From: a bacterium
Lineage (GTDB): Bacteria; Hinthialibacterota; Hinthialibacteria; Hinthialibacterales; Hinthialibacteraceae
NCBI GenBank assembly: GCA_963662285.2
Contig: CAXXMV010000008.1
Coordinates: 1,024,001-1,088,000 of the forward strand
Direction of reading: 5' to 3'
Length of the DNA: 64,000 bases
Part shown: piece after piece, positions 46,750 to 57,436 of the stretch
Layout of the letters: the number at the start of each line of letters is the position of its first letter
How positions within the stretch are numbered: the stretch's first letter is position 1
Notes under the pieces: model-generated
Seen by the model: only the letters and a program-made list of their open reading frames with translations
What the model was told of the DNA's origin: nothing
Database searches by the model: none
Position numbers and translations under genes: made by a program

Positions 46750-48222
46750 ATGGCTTCTTTAACCAGACGTAATTTCCTGAAACGTGGTTTAGCGGTTGGA
46801 GCAACTACGGCATTACCATCAACCTTCTTTATCGGCAATTCATTTAGCGCGAATGATACTATCGGTATCGGAATCATGGGCATGGGATGGCGCGGCGGCC
46901 AACTATCTGATAGTTTCATAAAACAACAAGGCTGCCGTATTGTCGCTATTGCTGATCCAGACAAGACGCTGGCAGCTAAAGCCTCAAATTTCGAAGGCGC
47001 CAAAGGTTATAACGACTTCCGCAAAATGCTCGACGACCCAAGAGTTGACGTCGTAGTGGTATCTACCTGCAACCACTGGCATTGCCTGGCTTCGATAATG
47101 GCCATGCAGGCTGGCAAAGATGTATACGTGGAAAAACCTCTTTCTCACACCCAATGGGAAGGACGCCAGGTTGTCAATGCAGCGCGTAAATATAAAAAAG
47201 TTGTGCAACTGGGCACCCAGCACCGTTCCGACCTTCAACTCCAGTTAGCAGCCAAAAAATTTCTGCATGAAGACAAAAAACTGGGCAAGATTCTTTATGT
47301 GCAAGCCAACCGCCTTGGCGTACGTGAACCGATTGGCAAGCGTCAGACTCCGTTAGAGATTTCTAAAGACATCGATTATAACTTATGGCTTGGACCGGCG
47401 GCGGATCAACCCATTTTCCGCGATAAACTGCACTATGACTGGCATTGGGATTTCAATACCGGTAATGGTGAGATGGGCAACTGGGGCGTGCACATTATGG
47501 ATGACGTACGTAATGTATGCTACCAGGATTCGGTAATACTCCCCAAACGAATTCTTGCTGTAGGTGGACGCGCCGCATGGGGTGACGCAGGAAACACGCC
47601 GAACGTTCATTTCGTCTGCTTCGATACCGGGACATTCCCGACTATTCTGGCGCTTTCCAATATGACCCAGGTTCCCAACAAAAAAGACTCGTGGAGCGTT
47701 AAAGCTGATCGTGATTTTTCCGGACCGGAAAGTGGATATGTGGTTGCCTGTGAAGGGGGATATTATCTCGGTCAACGCGGATCGGGCAAAGCTATTGATC
47801 TACAGGGAAAAGAAATTGCGAAGTTCAGAGGCGGCGACCGGGTATTCCTTCACACCGGGAATTTTCTCAAAGCAGTTCGCAAGCAGGACAACAGCATGCT
47901 TAATGCAGAAGTCGAAGTCGGCCATGCCTCTACGGGATGGTGCAACCTGGCCAACGTGGCTTTCCAGGTTGGTGAAACCTATTCGCGCGATATAGCTGAA
48001 TCGATTCTACCCAAGTCGGATGTATGGGGTAAAATACTGGATAACATGGAAGAACAACTCGGTAATTTCAAGGTTTCCATGAAAGACCCTTGCATCAAAA
48101 TGAGCCAGATACTGACCCATGATCCTCAAACCGAACGCTTTGTCGGAGAACATGCCGCCGAAGCCAATAAACACCTGAAACGCGCCTATCGCGATCCATT
48201 TGTTGTACCTGAGATTAGCTGA
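46750..48222 (+). CDS. Tat-exported Gfo/Idh/MocA-family oxidoreductase
   Basis: TRRNFLK twin-arginine signal; IGIGIMGMGWRG; AGKDVYVEKP; DYNLWLGPA; GEMGNWGVHIMD. Confidence 0.93.
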   Translation: MASLTRRNFLKRGLAVGATTALPSTFFIGNSFSANDTIGIGIMGMGWRGGQLSDSFIKQQGCRIVAIADPDKTLAAKASNFEGAKGYNDFRKMLDDPRVDVVVVSTCNHWHCLASIMAMQAGKDVYVEKPLSHTQWEGRQVVNAARKYKKVVQLGTQHRSDLQLQLAAKKFLHEDKKLGKILYVQANRLGVREPIGKRQTPLEISKDIDYNLWLGPAADQPIFRDKLHYDWHWDFNTGNGEMGNWGVHIMDDVRNVCYQDSVILPKRILAVGGRAAWGDAGNTPNVHFVCFDTGTFPTILALSNMTQVPNKKDSWSVKADRDFSGPESGYVVACEGGYYLGQRGSGKAIDLQGKEIAKFRGGDRVFLHTGNFLKAVRKQDNSMLNAEVEVGHASTGWCNLANVAFQVGETYSRDIAESILPKSDVWGKILDNMEEQLGNFKVSMKDPCIKMSQILTHDPQTERFVGEHAAEANKHLKRAYRDPFVVPEIS

Positions 48223-48247
48223 TATCAAAATCATATTTAGATATATT

Positions 48248-48279
48248 AAAGCCACCGCATTTCCCGCGGTGGCTTTTTT
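48248..48279 (+). terminator. Intrinsic terminator
   Basis: AAAGCCACCGC-atttccc-GCGGTGGCTTTTTT. Confidence 0.88.
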
Positions 48280-48340
48280 CGTATCATGAATTGTATTATA
48301 TTATTTTCGTCCCCTATTATGATTCCGAGGAGTCCTAATC

Positions 48341-50479
48341 ATGAACCAGCCGCGTATTATATCAGTCTTTTATCTCTTGACGTTTATCCTGTTTTTTTTA
48401 CCCACATGCTCCGCATATTATTATATAGCCCCCGATGGTAACGATGCATGGAGCGGGAATCTTCCTAAACCAAATCAGGATAAAACAGATGGACCACTCG
48501 CGTCTATCCAAGGCGCTCGTGATGCAATACGCAATACCAAAAGCATAATGTCATGGCCTCAATCATATACAGTTGTGCTTGCGGATGGTACTTATCATAT
48601 AGATAAGCCGATTTTGTTCACTCCACAAGACAGCGGCGCTGATAAACTTCCCATCATCTTTACCGCCGCCAAAGACACTAAACCGATCATCAGCGGTGGC
48701 CGCGCCATAACCGGATGGAAGCGCGGCGATGATGGCGTCTGGTCGGCTCAGGTTCCAGCGGTTGCCAGAGGAGAATGGTATTTTGAACAACTGTGGATTA
48801 ACGGTAGACGCGCAATGCGGGCGAGAACGCCCGATACGTTCTTCAACTACATGATTGATGTAGATGAAGAGGTTCTGGTTGCAGGCAGTAGTCCCCGCAG
48901 GGCCAAAAAAGCGCGGCAAACCATTAAGGTATGGCCCGAAGATTTGCAACTGCTTAGAGGCTTAAGCCATCAAGAGCAGCAAGACGTTAATTTACTGGCC
49001 TATCATAAATGGGATAACACCCGCCGCTTTCTGGAATCGATTGACGTGGATGAAGGTTTGATGGTGACCAGCGGCACAGGGATGAAGGAATGGAATCCAT
49101 TAACCAAAAATACCGGCTATGTGTTAGAGAATTTCCGGGCGGCGTTGGATCAACCGGGTGAATGGTTTTTATCGCGTGACGGAATTATTTATTATAAACC
49201 TCTGCCCGATGAAAATATGTATACCGCCAAAGTCATTGCTCCAGTGGCGGATAAATTTCTTGTTTTCGAGGGCGACTACGCCAACTCAAAATATGTAAGT
49301 CATATCACATTCCAAAATCTTTCTTTTCAATATACCCAATGGATAACTCCGCCTAGCGGTTTTGAAGCGGCGCAGGCGGCGGCGCCCATTGATGCAGTAG
49401 TGCAGTTGGACGGAGCGCAAAATATCACCTTCGATAATTGCGAGTTCGCCCATACTGGAACTTATGCAATGTGGTTCAGAAAAGGCTGCCGGGGTTGTTG
49501 GGTCAAGCATTGCCATTTCCATGATATGGGCGCCGGAGGCGTCCGCATCGGCGACAGCGCCGTACCAACCAACGAGAATGAACAGACCAGCCATAATGTA
49601 GTCGACAACTCGATTATCCGGCATGGCGGCCGCGTCTTTCCCTGCGCAGTTGGAGTATGGATCGGACAAAGCGGCTATAACCAGATTACCCATAACGAAA
49701 TCGCCGATTTATATTACAGCGGCGTTTCGGTAGGCTGGCGTTGGGGATACGGAGACAGCATGGCGCAACGCAACCAGATCGATTACAACCATATCCACCA
49801 TCTAGGCTGGGGCTGGTTAAGCGATATGGGCGCGGTTTATACGCTGGGACCATCAGAAGGAACTACCGTCAATAATAATGTCATCCACGATATATATTCC
49901 TGGAGTTATGGCGGGTGGGGTCTATACAACGATGAAGGCAGCACCGGAATTGAGATGGCCAACAACCTGGTCTACAACACCAAGACAGGTGGATACCATC
50001 AGCATTACGGTAAGCAAAACCACATCCACAATAATATCCTGGCTTTCAGTAAAGATCATCAGGTGCAGTTGACCCGCGTCGAGGATCATCTCTTGTTCAC
50101 TTTTGAAAACAATATCGTCTATTGGAAAACCGGGCCATTGTTTAAGGGACCTTGGATCAAAGCCAATGTGGAACTGGATCATAATCTATACTGGAACGCC
50201 TCTGGTGATGAAATCACTTTCTTAAAAAAGAGTTTCAGCGAATGGCGGGAAAACGGTTATGATCAGAACTCTATAATCGCCGATCCCGGTTTTGTTAATC
50301 CAGATAAGTATGATTTCCGCTTAAAACCAGATTCTCCGGCAATTAAGATTGACTTTGTTCCATTTGATCCAAGTAAAGCTGGCGTGTATGGGGATGATGC
50401 ATGGACTGCGCTGGCGCAGAGCGTCACCTATCCAGCATGGCGGACGCCCCCGAAGCCGCGTACGGTTCCACCGAAATAA
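48341..50479 (+). CDS. Secreted right-handed beta-helix protein (GH141-like or polysaccharide-lyase-like)
   Basis: [52 protein letters not shown]. Confidence 0.85.
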   Translation: MNQPRIISVFYLLTFILFFLPTCSAYYYIAPDGNDAWSGNLPKPNQDKTDGPLASIQGARDAIRNTKSIMSWPQSYTVVLADGTYHIDKPILFTPQDSGADKLPIIFTAAKDTKPIISGGRAITGWKRGDDGVWSAQVPAVARGEWYFEQLWINGRRAMRARTPDTFFNYMIDVDEEVLVAGSSPRRAKKARQTIKVWPEDLQLLRGLSHQEQQDVNLLAYHKWDNTRRFLESIDVDEGLMVTSGTGMKEWNPLTKNTGYVLENFRAALDQPGEWFLSRDGIIYYKPLPDENMYTAKVIAPVADKFLVFEGDYANSKYVSHITFQNLSFQYTQWITPPSGFEAAQAAAPIDAVVQLDGAQNITFDNCEFAHTGTYAMWFRKGCRGCWVKHCHFHDMGAGGVRIGDSAVPTNENEQTSHNVVDNSIIRHGGRVFPCAVGVWIGQSGYNQITHNEIADLYYSGVSVGWRWGYGDSMAQRNQIDYNHIHHLGWGWLSDMGAVYTLGPSEGTTVNNNVIHDIYSWSYGGWGLYNDEGSTGIEMANNLVYNTKTGGYHQHYGKQNHIHNNILAFSKDHQVQLTRVEDHLLFTFENNIVYWKTGPLFKGPWIKANVELDHNLYWNASGDEITFLKKSFSEWRENGYDQNSIIADPGFVNPDKYDFRLKPDSPAIKIDFVPFDPSKAGVYGDDAWTALAQSVTYPAWRTPPKPRTVPPK

Positions 50480-50504
50480 TACCAAAACTTATAATGATAG
50501 GTCG

Positions 50505-50543
50505 GGCGCCAAGGGCAAGACCGCAATGCGGTCAGCCCTTGAT
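50505..50543. repeat. REP-like palindromic repeat, copy 1
   Basis: GGCGCCAAGGGCAAGACCGC-AAT-GCGGTCAGCCCTTGAT; related copy at 56183..56222. Confidence 0.6.
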
Positions 50544-50581
50544 GCGATTACTGATGATTTTGCGTACTGCTCATGCAATTC

Positions 50582-50896
50582 TCATAATAAGCGCTCTCTG
50601 AGTTTGGCTAGCATATCCATTCGTTCATGCAAAACGGCAATGATAATGGGCTTTTCACCTTTGGTATGCAGGAAAAAAAGATAATGATGTTCACAATGAG
50701 TGGATTTCAAATGGAGGTGAATATGCAGAAAAGATTTGCAAATGGCTTCACCTGAAGCAATCTTTTCACATCCAATTTCTAAAGCATTAAGATAGCGTCC
50801 AGCCTGTTTTGCGCCCCATGTTTTACAGGTATAGCGACCAATTTCAAGCAAATCCTTCTCTGCTGCTTCTGATAGGATGAAAGAAGGCATATTCAA
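50582..50896 (-). CDS. parE: Type II toxin, ParE/RelE family
   Basis: FILSEAAEKDLLEIGRYTCKTWGAKQAGRY...HHYLFF...IIAVLHERMD. Confidence 0.9.
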   Translation of the reverse strand: MNMPSFILSEAAEKDLLEIGRYTCKTWGAKQAGRYLNALEIGCEKIASGEAICKSFLHIHLHLKSTHCEHHYLFFLHTKGEKPIIIAVLHERMDMLAKLRERLL

Positions 50897-51162
50897 GACT
50901 CAGCGCTGGTAATGGCTTCCTGCTTGATCTGGGCGAATGTCTTATGGGAAAGTTCTCCACGCTCCGCCGCTTCTATACGCGGTTTCAATAAAGCGTCCAA
51001 TTGCTGAAGCGCTGCAATCTCGGTTAACGATGTTTCATTCGACTGAGAAGAAAGAGTTCGTTCCAATACATATTCCTTGATGCTTTGTCCACGCAAAGCG
51101 GCCAATTCTTCTAAACGCTTATGTTGTTCCTGCGTCATATCAATGGAAAGTCTTGGCATCAT
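50893..51162 (-). CDS. Cognate antitoxin (ribbon-helix-helix type)
   Basis: RLSIDMTQEQHKRLEELAALRGQSIKEYVLER; upstream of the toxin with a 4-bp overlap. Confidence 0.85.
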   Translation of the reverse strand: MMPRLSIDMTQEQHKRLEELAALRGQSIKEYVLERTLSSQSNETSLTEIAALQQLDALLKPRIEAAERGELSHKTFAQIKQEAITSAES

Positions 51163-51260
51163 TGCCTCTCCCTTGCTTGTAATCTGATAATATTATTATA
51201 ACCTATAAAACAACATTGGTTCAATAGCGTTATTTTTTCATAAATAAGCGCGATTCATCA

Positions 51261-53300
51261 TCAATACAGCATCCATCCCGGCAATTCCGTCCATTCGCTG
51301 ATATCCCAAACTGAACTATTAAGCAACAACTTGCCATTCGAAGATAAATCGATATTAATCATGGCGCCGATTTGATCGAGTGTTTTGATGTGTGTTCTGG
51401 TATGTGCGTCATATAAATTCGCTCCGAAAGCTGTAGAACCAGCCGCCATGAATCGCCCGTCCGGGGAAAAGCAGGCTTTGTGAATTCCATTAGTATGTTT
51501 ATTGAAGACGCTGATTTCTTCACCAGTAGCGGCGTCCCATACAATCGCTTCTGTTCCCAGAAATCCGGCTATGATATATCTTCCATCAGGAGAAAATTCC
51601 ACACTGAAAACAGCGCTTTTGGAAACAGGAAAATCATTAATCAAATCCCCGGTTTCGGTTTGCCATAACAAGGCTTGACCAATGCCTTTGTTAAATTCAC
51701 CGCTGCCGGAAATAACTTGCTTCCCGTCAGTAGAAAAATCAACGCAACGGGCCGGACCTTCATGTTCCAAGTATTTTAATAGGGATTCACCATTTTCAGT
51801 ATTCCAGATAACGATAGTTCCGTCTTCGCTGGCGGTGGCGATGCGGTCGCCGATAGGCGAGAATACGATATCGTTAATTTGATCAGAATGGCCTTCCAGA
51901 GTAAGCAATTCTTCTCCACTATCAAAGCGCCAGACTTTCGCCGCGCCATCGTTCGCGCCTGCGGCGACTAACTGACCGTCGGAGGAGATGTTAACGCAGA
52001 TAGCGGCGCCATTGAGTCCTGTTAGCGTACGAATATTCTTACCCGTCTCTGAGTCCCAAATCCTGATGGTTGGATCAAAGTCTTCACTTTCTCCGGAGCA
52101 ACTGACGACTTTTGTTCCATCAGGGGTAAATACGGCATCGGATAAATAACCGACGAATCCAGTGAATGAGGTTAGTAACTTTTTCTGCTTAATACTCCAG
52201 AGCAATAATGTATTATCATTATGCCGGGTGATGAAGAGGTCGCCGTCCGGTGAAAAATCAATATACCTGAATCCTTCGCATTCTCCTTCGAACGAGAATG
52301 CTTCCTCACCGGTTAGCCGATCCCAAATCCGGGGAGCGGTTCCCATAGTCGCCCCGCCGCCTGCATGAAAAATAGGCTGTGTTGCGTAGCCGCCCACTAT
52401 TACATACTGATCATCGTGTGGAAATCCTCCGTTAACATATCCTGCAATTTTGGTTGAGAATTCCGTTTGAAGCGTTTCATTTTCTAGGTCAAAAAGATAG
52501 AAAAAGTAGTTTTCGTTATCGTTAGCGCTATTAAAGCCGTATACCAGTAACGATTTTCCATCATCCGAAAAAGCAACGATATCCAGAATCTTACCCAAAT
52601 CAAGCAGGTCAAAAGTATGCGAAATTTCTCCCGTCGTGATATCTATCCATTCAACATATTGTTCTTCCATAGGATGCGAGGGATTTGGAGAGACCTTTAT
52701 AAATGATAACACGGATTTTCCATCAGAAGAGAAAACCGATTCCGATCTTCCACTATACCCTTTGGGAGTCCAGAAATTTATTACCTCTCCGGTTTCGATT
52801 TCCATTACTATTGAAGATTCTGAACCACCGAACAATGCCAGTTTTCCATCCGTCGATACATCCAGGGAGTGCAGGGGTTGTCTAAAATATGTGCTGAAAA
52901 TTTCAGGCTTATTAGGGATATCCCACAACTCCTTATTCTGGTCGAGATCAAAAAGCATGGGATATGCATTACTGTGTGCTAACAATAAATTGGTTCCCGG
53001 AACAAATTGCATAACCTTGATATAGTCTGTTTCAAAAAAACATTTGAGATAAAGTTGATCATCCTGAATATCCCAAATGGTTAATCCTCTTAATGTGGCG
53101 ACGGCAATCATTGAACCATCCGGTGAGAACGCAACGCAAAGCGGCTTACCTAATCCAAGAGTAATTTCTCCGCTCTCTCCCCTGAGAGGCAGAAAATTAT
53201 CATAATCCTGAGTATAAGATGTATGCGGGATGGTTAGAAAAATAATAGCACAAGCAGAAAGACATAAATATATACTTTTGTTTTTCGAGTAGTAATCCAT
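51261..53300 (-). CDS. Secreted WD40 beta-propeller protein
   Basis: Signal peptide; repeats such as LEGHSDQINDIVFSPIGDRIATASEDGTIVIWN; ends TELPGWMLY. Confidence 0.9.
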   Translation of the reverse strand: MDYYSKNKSIYLCLSACAIIFLTIPHTSYTQDYDNFLPLRGESGEITLGLGKPLCVAFSPDGSMIAVATLRGLTIWDIQDDQLYLKCFFETDYIKVMQFVPGTNLLLAHSNAYPMLFDLDQNKELWDIPNKPEIFSTYFRQPLHSLDVSTDGKLALFGGSESSIVMEIETGEVINFWTPKGYSGRSESVFSSDGKSVLSFIKVSPNPSHPMEEQYVEWIDITTGEISHTFDLLDLGKILDIVAFSDDGKSLLVYGFNSANDNENYFFYLFDLENETLQTEFSTKIAGYVNGGFPHDDQYVIVGGYATQPIFHAGGGATMGTAPRIWDRLTGEEAFSFEGECEGFRYIDFSPDGDLFITRHNDNTLLLWSIKQKKLLTSFTGFVGYLSDAVFTPDGTKVVSCSGESEDFDPTIRIWDSETGKNIRTLTGLNGAAICVNISSDGQLVAAGANDGAAKVWRFDSGEELLTLEGHSDQINDIVFSPIGDRIATASEDGTIVIWNTENGESLLKYLEHEGPARCVDFSTDGKQVISGSGEFNKGIGQALLWQTETGDLINDFPVSKSAVFSVEFSPDGRYIIAGFLGTEAIVWDAATGEEISVFNKHTNGIHKACFSPDGRFMAAGSTAFGANLYDAHTRTHIKTLDQIGAMINIDLSSNGKLLLNSSVWDISEWTELPGWMLY

Positions 53301-53563
53301 GACAATTCACCTCAATTACTAGTCTTTGTTATTTAATAATAAGACGGATTATATAAAGTGTCCGGTAGATTTTGTAACAAATTGTAATTGAGGTATATTT
53401 TTATAAATTAGTACAGCAGTAAGTGGAAACGGCTTTGGAGGGCGCTATGAGATGCAATCTTCCTGCATCCTGCTTGATTCCATTCATTATCTATGCAAAA
53501 TGAACAAAGGATAATGAGTAGCAATAATGCTTTACAATTAAATTTAAGTTAAGAGATCAACCA

Positions 53564-54529
53564 ATGAAAATACCTTTTTCTCCATCGGTCTACGAACATG
53601 CGGCAAAATTGGCGGGGTGTTCTCCCTGGGATGCTTCACGCAATCCTGACTTACTTTTTGCAGGACATAAAGCCGCTTATCTGGCCTATCATCACACGCC
53701 TATCGTAGTGGGCATCGATATATATAACCTTGAAACTGAGGCGTACGGCGCTGAAATTTCCGTGCCCAGCGGCAACGGCATCCCGGCGATTCACAATCCG
53801 CCCTGCACATCGCTAGACGAGGCTCTGGCTCTCAAACCTTTTGATCCAACCACCGATGGCCGGTTGGCCATGGTCATTGGAGTAGGCCGACGTCTAGCCG
53901 ATGAGTTACCCGATGCTGATGTCCGCATCCCTGTCAGCGGCCCGTTTTCAATGGCGTTCAACCTGCGGGGAATTTCCAAACTATGCGAAGAGGTCGCTTT
54001 GCGTCCTGATGACGTGGCGCGGTTATTGATGATGCTGGCCGAAAACCAGGGCGTGTTCTGTCAGGCCATCGTTGATGCAGGATTAGACATAGCCTTCTTC
54101 GAATCAGCCGCCGCGCCGCCGATGCTCTCACCCAAGTATTTTCGAGAGATAGAGTTGCCCGCCTTGAAAAGGGTGATTGCGGTTGCTGAATCGATTGTCG
54201 GCCATCCAGTGCCTTGCATCATGGGCGGCAATACCATCAGCATACTTGACGATATTCTATCCACCGGAACCGGATATGTGGTTTGCAATGTGGAGACCGA
54301 CCAGAAAGCCTTTATCGAAAAGACCTGCCAGAATCATTCACATGTCAAAGTGCGGGTAAATATGGACCCGGTCATCGTGGCCTGCAATGATCCACAGGCC
54401 ATCTATAAAGAAATTGACCGCATACTATCCATTACCGCCGGACATGATAATTGCATGATGGGAACCGGATGCCTGCCCTATGAAACGCCGCCCGAAAATG
54501 TTAAGTTAATCAAGGATTATCTTGCATAA
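53564..54529 (+). CDS. Uroporphyrinogen decarboxylase / MtaA-CmuA family protein
   Basis: ETEAYGAEI, GPFSMAFNLRG, MLSPKYFREIELP, NMDP, GTGCLPYETPPENV. Confidence 0.85.
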   Translation: MKIPFSPSVYEHAAKLAGCSPWDASRNPDLLFAGHKAAYLAYHHTPIVVGIDIYNLETEAYGAEISVPSGNGIPAIHNPPCTSLDEALALKPFDPTTDGRLAMVIGVGRRLADELPDADVRIPVSGPFSMAFNLRGISKLCEEVALRPDDVARLLMMLAENQGVFCQAIVDAGLDIAFFESAAAPPMLSPKYFREIELPALKRVIAVAESIVGHPVPCIMGGNTISILDDILSTGTGYVVCNVETDQKAFIEKTCQNHSHVKVRVNMDPVIVACNDPQAIYKEIDRILSITAGHDNCMMGTGCLPYETPPENVKLIKDYLA

Positions 54530-54594
54530 AGTTATGAAAACATGGATTTTGGATTCTGTTCTGATCATCAAATGGAAAGTAAAGGGAAAACGAC

Positions 54595-55869
54595 ATGAAA
54601 TGTATGTATCGAATGATCGTAGTGATGATGATAGTGAATTTGATGATTGCCCCTTCTCAGGGAGAGGAAGCCGCGAAAAGTACTATTCAATATGTGACTA
54701 AATATATCAATCCGGATATCAAAGAATTGGAAGCCATAAACCACCAGGCCCAGAAGAAACGCGATGCAGAAACCCAACGAATTATCGATGAACAAAATGT
54801 CCGCAAAGACAAAATAATTCTCCGATGTGATTTCCGGAACATCAAAAAACCCGCCAATCCGAATGTTTTCCAAAGTGCATTTCATTACGATCCAATCGAT
54901 CAATTTAATACAGGAACCTGCTGGAGTTTCAGTACAACTTCGTTCTTTGAATCCGAGATTTATCGCCTGACCGACAGAAAAATCAAACTGTCCGAAATGT
55001 ATACGGCATATTATGAGTACGTGGAAAAAGCCCGTCATTATCTCCAGGTACGGGGGAATTCATTTTTTGGTGAAGGCTCTGAGGGAAATGCCGTCATGTT
55101 GGTATGGGATAAATATGGCATAGTGCCTGCTGAAGCCTACAAAGGTGAACTGGATACAGACGGGCGTTTTGACCATAGTGAAATGGCCGCCGAAATGCAA
55201 AAATACTTAGATTATGTCAAATTAAATAATTTCTGGAATGAGGAGGAATTAGTTCTATCTTCGCTAAAACTGATCATGGACAAATATATGGGTCGGCCTC
55301 CAGAAAGATTTCTTTACAAAGGCGTGGAAATGACGCCGCTACAATTTCTCGAAGATGTAGTGAATCTGAATCTGGACGATTATGTCAGTATTATGTCCAC
55401 ACTATCGAAACCTTTTTATGCCTATGGAGAATACGAAGTTGAAGCCAACTGGTGGAATAGTAAGGACTATTATAATGTACCCCTGAGTCAATTTTATCAA
55501 ATCATCAAATATGCTATTCAAAATGGATATACAATCAAACTGAATGGAGATGTCAGAGAACCGGGTTTCCACCGTGAAAAAGACGCCGCGATAATACCTG
55601 ATTTTGACATTCCTAGAAAAAATATTGATCAGGATGCGCGTGAATTCCGATTTAATAATGGGTCAACTTCCGATGATCATGATATTCATCTGGTTGGATA
55701 TACGCGACAGGACAACAACGACTGGTTCCTCATCAAGGATTCCAGTGACGAAACTCCGGGAAAATTCCATGGATATATGTTTTATCGGGAAGACTATATT
55801 AAATTGAAGATGTTAACTTATATTGTCCATAAAGATTCGTTAAAAACCATAGGGGAAAATTTTCAATAA
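54595..55869 (+). CDS. Secreted papain-fold cysteine peptidase (C1, aminopeptidase-C-like)
   Basis: DQFNTGTCWSFSTTSFFESE (catalytic Cys), SDDHDIHLVGY (His), WFLIKDS. Confidence 0.9.
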   Translation: MKCMYRMIVVMMIVNLMIAPSQGEEAAKSTIQYVTKYINPDIKELEAINHQAQKKRDAETQRIIDEQNVRKDKIILRCDFRNIKKPANPNVFQSAFHYDPIDQFNTGTCWSFSTTSFFESEIYRLTDRKIKLSEMYTAYYEYVEKARHYLQVRGNSFFGEGSEGNAVMLVWDKYGIVPAEAYKGELDTDGRFDHSEMAAEMQKYLDYVKLNNFWNEEELVLSSLKLIMDKYMGRPPERFLYKGVEMTPLQFLEDVVNLNLDDYVSIMSTLSKPFYAYGEYEVEANWWNSKDYYNVPLSQFYQIIKYAIQNGYTIKLNGDVREPGFHREKDAAIIPDFDIPRKNIDQDAREFRFNNGSTSDDHDIHLVGYTRQDNNDWFLIKDSSDETPGKFHGYMFYREDYIKLKMLTYIVHKDSLKTIGENFQ

Positions 55870-55887
55870 ATCAGAATATCCATTGGT

Positions 55888-56008
55888 GATGAGTCGGCAA
55901 AAAGTGGATGAAAGACGAAACTCACACAATATCTTGTATGCTTAATGCTTGGAAATCTACCAAGTATTGTGGTCATGAAAACAAGTTTGGACTTTTTACC
56001 GTTTCGTC
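55888..56008. mobile_element. 121-bp MITE-like element with 18-bp imperfect terminal inverted repeats and a 6-bp target-site duplication
   Basis: Left end GATGAGTCGGCAAAAAGT; right end reverse complement GACGAAACGGTAAAAAGT (14/18 match); ATTGGT flanks both sides (55882-55887 and 56009-56014). Confidence 0.7.
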
Positions 56009-56182
56009 ATTGGTGCCCGGATTATCCTCTATCCAATTAGAACTATAAATCCAATTCTCCCAATCCCCTCCCCCTCTCACCATCGGATATGAACATAGTT
56101 TTTTTATAGTTAATTGAAACATTTGTACACCGCCTATATATTCCCCGCGTTATTATATATAGACGCTCATGACAATCCGATA

Positions 56183-56222
56183 GGCGCCAAGGGGCAAAAC
56201 CGTATTGTGTCCAGCCCTTGAT
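56183..56222. repeat. REP-like palindromic repeat, copy 2 (degenerate)
   Basis: GGCGCCAAGGGGCAAAACCGTATTGTGTCCAGCCCTTGAT aligns with 50505..50543. Confidence 0.55.
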
Positions 56223-56332
56223 CAAACCACCCTCTTTGACATTATGTAACAATAATAAGAAGATAACTATGTTAAAAAAATAAATCTTTTCCTTTCTTAA
56301 ATGGAAAACACAGGAAAACACAGGAAAAATCA

Positions 56333-57424
56333 ATGAAGAAATTCACAATTTTCTGCATATATTTACTCGCAATAATTCAATTTATTACCATAAGCGTTGA
56401 CGCCATACCTGTGCGGTTGGCAATCGTCGGGCTGGTGCATGGGCATGTCGGCGGTTTCTTTAATGGAGCGCTCAATAATGAAAACATCGAACTAGTCGGA
56501 GTATACGATCCACGGGAAGATTTGTTCGAGCATTATCAGAAACAGTTTTCGCTGAATCAATCGCTCTATTATTCCGACCTAAAAGATTTGCTTGAGAAAG
56601 CCAAACCCCAAGCTGTTGCAGTGAATACCAGTACTTACGACCACCTGCGCATAATCGAAATTTGCGCCCAATACGGCGTGCATGTAATGGTAGAGAAGCC
56701 ATTAGCCGTGAGTCTCGATCATGGCGCCAAAATAGCAAGCGCCGCTAAACAAGGAAATATTCATGTGCTGGTGAATTATGAAACCACCTGGTATCCCAGC
56801 CATCATACGCTTTATAAAATGATTCAAGATCAAAAAATCGGTGAGATACGAAAAGTAGTCGTGCGTGATGGTCATCGAGGACCGCAAGAGATCGGTTGTT
56901 CCTCTGAATTCTTGGATTGGCTGACCGACCCCGTATTAAACGGCGCCGGAGCGCTTTACGATTTCGGCTGCTACGGGGCAAACCTGGCAACCTGGTTAAT
57001 GAATAACCAACGTCCCATATCGGTCAGCTGCATCACCCAGCAAATCAAACCGGACATTTATCCCAAAGTCGATGATGAAGCGACCATTCTACTGACCTAC
57101 CCCAAGGCGCAAGCCATCATCCAGGCATCATGGAACTGGCCATATAACCGCAAGGATATGGATGTATACGGCAAAACAGGCTATATAAATGCAGTCAACA
57201 ACACTGACATGCGCTATATGATCGAAGAGGGAAAACATGAAGCCAGAGAAGGCGAAAAACTCGAAGCGCCTTATGATAGTTCACTGAATTATCTCGCTGC
57301 CGTAGTTCGAGGAGAGATCAAAGCGGAGGGATTATCGAGTCTGGAAAATAATTTAATTGTTACAGAAATCCTGAATGCGGCGCGTCAAGCGGCGCTGACG
57401 GGTAAAACAGTTTATTTGCAATAG
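56333..57424 (+). CDS. Gfo/Idh/MocA-family oxidoreductase with a Sec-type signal peptide
   Basis: VRLAIVGLVHGH, HVMVEKPLA, NGAGALYDFGCYG, QASWNWP. Confidence 0.92.
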   Translation: MKKFTIFCIYLLAIIQFITISVDAIPVRLAIVGLVHGHVGGFFNGALNNENIELVGVYDPREDLFEHYQKQFSLNQSLYYSDLKDLLEKAKPQAVAVNTSTYDHLRIIEICAQYGVHVMVEKPLAVSLDHGAKIASAAKQGNIHVLVNYETTWYPSHHTLYKMIQDQKIGEIRKVVVRDGHRGPQEIGCSSEFLDWLTDPVLNGAGALYDFGCYGANLATWLMNNQRPISVSCITQQIKPDIYPKVDDEATILLTYPKAQAIIQASWNWPYNRKDMDVYGKTGYINAVNNTDMRYMIEEGKHEAREGEKLEAPYDSSLNYLAAVVRGEIKAEGLSSLENNLIVTEILNAARQAALTGKTVYLQ

Positions 57425-57436
57425 GAAGATAATCTT

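Noticed and set aside
50582-51162. The toxin-antitoxin pair as a marker of a prophage or integrative element
   Set aside because: No integrase, phage or conjugation genes nearby; it looks like a solitary chromosomal module.
56043-56333. 96-aa minus-strand ORF and the GGAAAACACA tandem just upstream of 56333
   Set aside because: The ORF crosses the REP-like repeat and promoter region with no protein features; the 10-bp tandem of about 2.5 copies is too short to interpret.
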